DNA of 64,000 nt from a virus (Duplodnaviria > Caudoviricetes): IMG/VR virus record IMGVR_UViG_2974778117_000001, positions 1-64,000 of that record; one strand, written 5' to 3'. Under the pieces are notes generated by a model. It made no database searches. It saw nothing but the letters and a program-made list of their open reading frames with translations, and was not told the origin of the DNA. The position numbers and the translations under genes were made by a program. This document shows positions 62,163 to 64,000 of this stretch, piece by piece (position 1 is the first letter of the stretch; each line of letters begins with the position of its first letter).

Positions 62163-64000
62163 CTCACCTTCAAAGACTTCTCGACGGATCACCTTCAAGC
62201 CACGCAGCACATCATCGCGTGCTGGGCATTGCTGGTAGCCGAGCATGATCACCTCGATCAGTTCCAGCTCCTCACGAATCTTGGTCTTATCCATCACGGC
62301 TCCTTTATCACGATGATGTTCTTGTTGTTCACAGCAGGTCCGGCGCGTTCAGGGTTGGTCTCGCTGACGAGGTAGACGCAACCACCCTGACACGATGAAT
62401 GATGCGCTCGTCAATGCGTGCGCTGTTGCCCATGCGGGAAGCGAAGGCGACGATCTGTCCAGCCTTCAGCTGGACTCCTCTCTTGTCAGTAAGCAAGGTC
62501 ACCCCACGTGTCGTAGTAGTCGTTCTCAGCCCGCTTATCGCAGTATGCGTAGCGGAAGTCATTGGACGAGGTGAAGTTCTCGCTGATCCACTTACCGACC
62601 TTGCCGCGATTGAAGGAGTGGAATGCGCCTTCCTTGTTCTTCTTGTGCAGTTCGCGGCGCATCTTACGCCGGTCGCGGCGCGGATACTTCTGCTCCTCCT
62701 TCACCTCTCGACGGATCTTCTTGATCTCGGAAGAGGACAGGGATTCTTCAAACGGATACGGCATGTCGTTCTCCTCAGTGGACGCCGAAGCGTGAGTTGT
62801 CCTGGGCCAAGCCAGCGCCGACCATCAGAAGATGCTGCGGTCCTCCCATGGCTTCCGTCATCTTCTCGTGATCTTCACGATACAGGCGGATCGAATCTTC
62901 CGACCAACCAACCGCGCGCTGGATCACTGCAGCACGGTCCAGACCTTCCTTGTAATCTTCCGGTGTCATCGGTTGTTCTCCAGGTCGTTGAAAGCATCGT
63001 TCAGGATGTCCACGCAGCGCTCGGTATCATCCAGCGCGGGACGTGCCCACCACAGCTCCGGATCATCATACTGATCATCCTCAGCGATGATGCTGGCGTG
63101 TGAGCCAACAACCTCCTTGAGGTGATCCTGGAGTCGGCTCAACGCGTTGCGCGCCTGAATCATCAACTCCTCGGTACGATCATAAGTGTTCATCATCTAT
63201 CTCCAGGGCCTATTCCCTTGTCGTGCGATTATTGTATGATACACTATCCGAAGATGCAAGTACTTTCTTCAACTATTTTCCGATGATCGACTCATCTTCA
63301 TCGGGCTGACAGCTGCACTGGATGCGATATGGAGCCAGACTCATCGACCAGTACCAGCCCCGATCCTTGCAATACGTGCAACCGGGCGGACAAGCCACCA
63401 CGTTCTGCTTGTACCAGCGGATCGCATCGGTCACGTTGTCACCGCGGAAGGTTCCTGACAGAGTGCCGTCGCAGACCCACTCAGACGAGTTCGTGTAGAT
63501 GAAGACTCCGTCCGGCTCCTTGGCGAAGGCGACGATACGTTCATCGCTTTCGATCAGGGCGCGCAAGCGCTTCCCTGCAGTTTCGATTGGGTCGGAGTAG
63601 GATTCGAGACGGCGCATCAGATGTACCTCAGAAGTTGTTCGATGATGGAGCCCGGGACGTTGATGTAGACCGTGCCGTACATGCCGCGATTACCTTCAGA
63701 GCGCTGCGCATACAGCTTCTCGGTCTTCAACAGCTCATAGTACAGGTCAGTCGCGAGGTCACGGACACGCTTTCTCTGACAATCCGCCAGGAAGAGAGAC
63801 TGCGGAGACTTCTTGATCTTCGGGTCTTGATTCGATCCGGACGGATGACGAGAAAGTTCATACTCACCTCAAAGAAGTGGGGGCGACCGAAGCCGCCCCC
63901 GATGATTACGCCTTCGCCAAGATCACGGTGACCAGGCTGACGAACTCCGGCGGGAGGATCACATCATGAACGAAACCGTCCGACCATTCCACGCTGAGAA

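Larger units (their letters stand above)
52810..63259 (-). promoter_or_regulatory. Nine sigma70-like early promoters (52810-38, 53266-94, 54446-74, 55247-75, 56978-57006, 58444-72, 60136-64, 61418-46, 63231-59)
   Basis: Each is TTGnnn-17 bp-TAnnAT on the minus strand upstream of an RBS. Confidence 0.8.
1..64000. other. T4-like myophage genome segment (tRNA array, early genes, baseplate/tail module)
   Basis: Recognisable gp2/gp4/gp48/gp53/gp5/gp54-like proteins, PseT, Rnl1, ThyX, TAAATA late promoters, dense small ORFs, no host housekeeping genes. Confidence 0.93.
52568..64000 (-). other. Minus-strand early region of ~35 small hypothetical genes
   Basis: Contiguous short ORFs with AGGAG RBSs, punctuated by near-consensus promoters. 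Confidence 0.8.

Noticed and set aside
9900-62300. Many split or fused genes (pseT ~9917, DUF932 ~11855, thyX ~16764, 22655, 25880, 26120, 32993, gp48 ~35650, gp5 ~39090, 44680, ~62131) as programmed frameshifts or pseudogenes
   Set aside because: Most are repaired by adding one base to a 1-3 nt homopolymer, they hit essential genes, and I saw no slippery heptamers. This pattern is typical of uncorrected long-read errors.
1-64000. CRISPR array, integrase/transposase, reverse transcriptase or retron
   Set aside because: I found no regularly spaced direct repeats and no recognisable catalytic motifs for these by eye.

Overview
A 64-kb segment of a large T4-like myophage genome. The host is probably a high-GC proteobacterium, but this is inferred only from base composition and tail-fibre style. 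Layout: (i) 1-5.4 kb, an array of 20 tRNAs interleaved with small ORFs and at least five structured non-tRNA elements; (ii) 5.4-23 kb and 28-32.5 kb, plus-strand early/accessory genes (Pol-beta-like nucleotidyltransferase, metallophosphoesterase, PseT-like PNK, DUF932, ThyX, NADAR, QueD, Rnl1 RNA ligase); (iii) 23-28 kb and 33-52.5 kb, late virion genes (T4 gp54, gp2, gp4, gp48, gp53, hub and gp5 homologues, a SleB-like hydrolase, and several LamG/adaptor tail-fibre genes) with TAAATA late promoters; (iv) 52.5-64 kb, minus-strand small early genes with two paralogue families and repeated sigma70 promoters. Many genes carry single-base indels in short homopolymers, most likely long-read errors. 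Top finding: a candidate ribosome-mediated attenuator inside the tRNA array. A 27-codon leader ORF (2001-2084) samples codons for 15 of the 16 downstream phage tRNAs in its first 19 codons and overlaps a 12-bp antiterminator that is mutually exclusive with an intrinsic terminator just upstream of those tRNAs. It looks like a pan-tRNA depletion sensor that would switch on the phage tRNA supply. This mechanism is inferred from sequence and untested.
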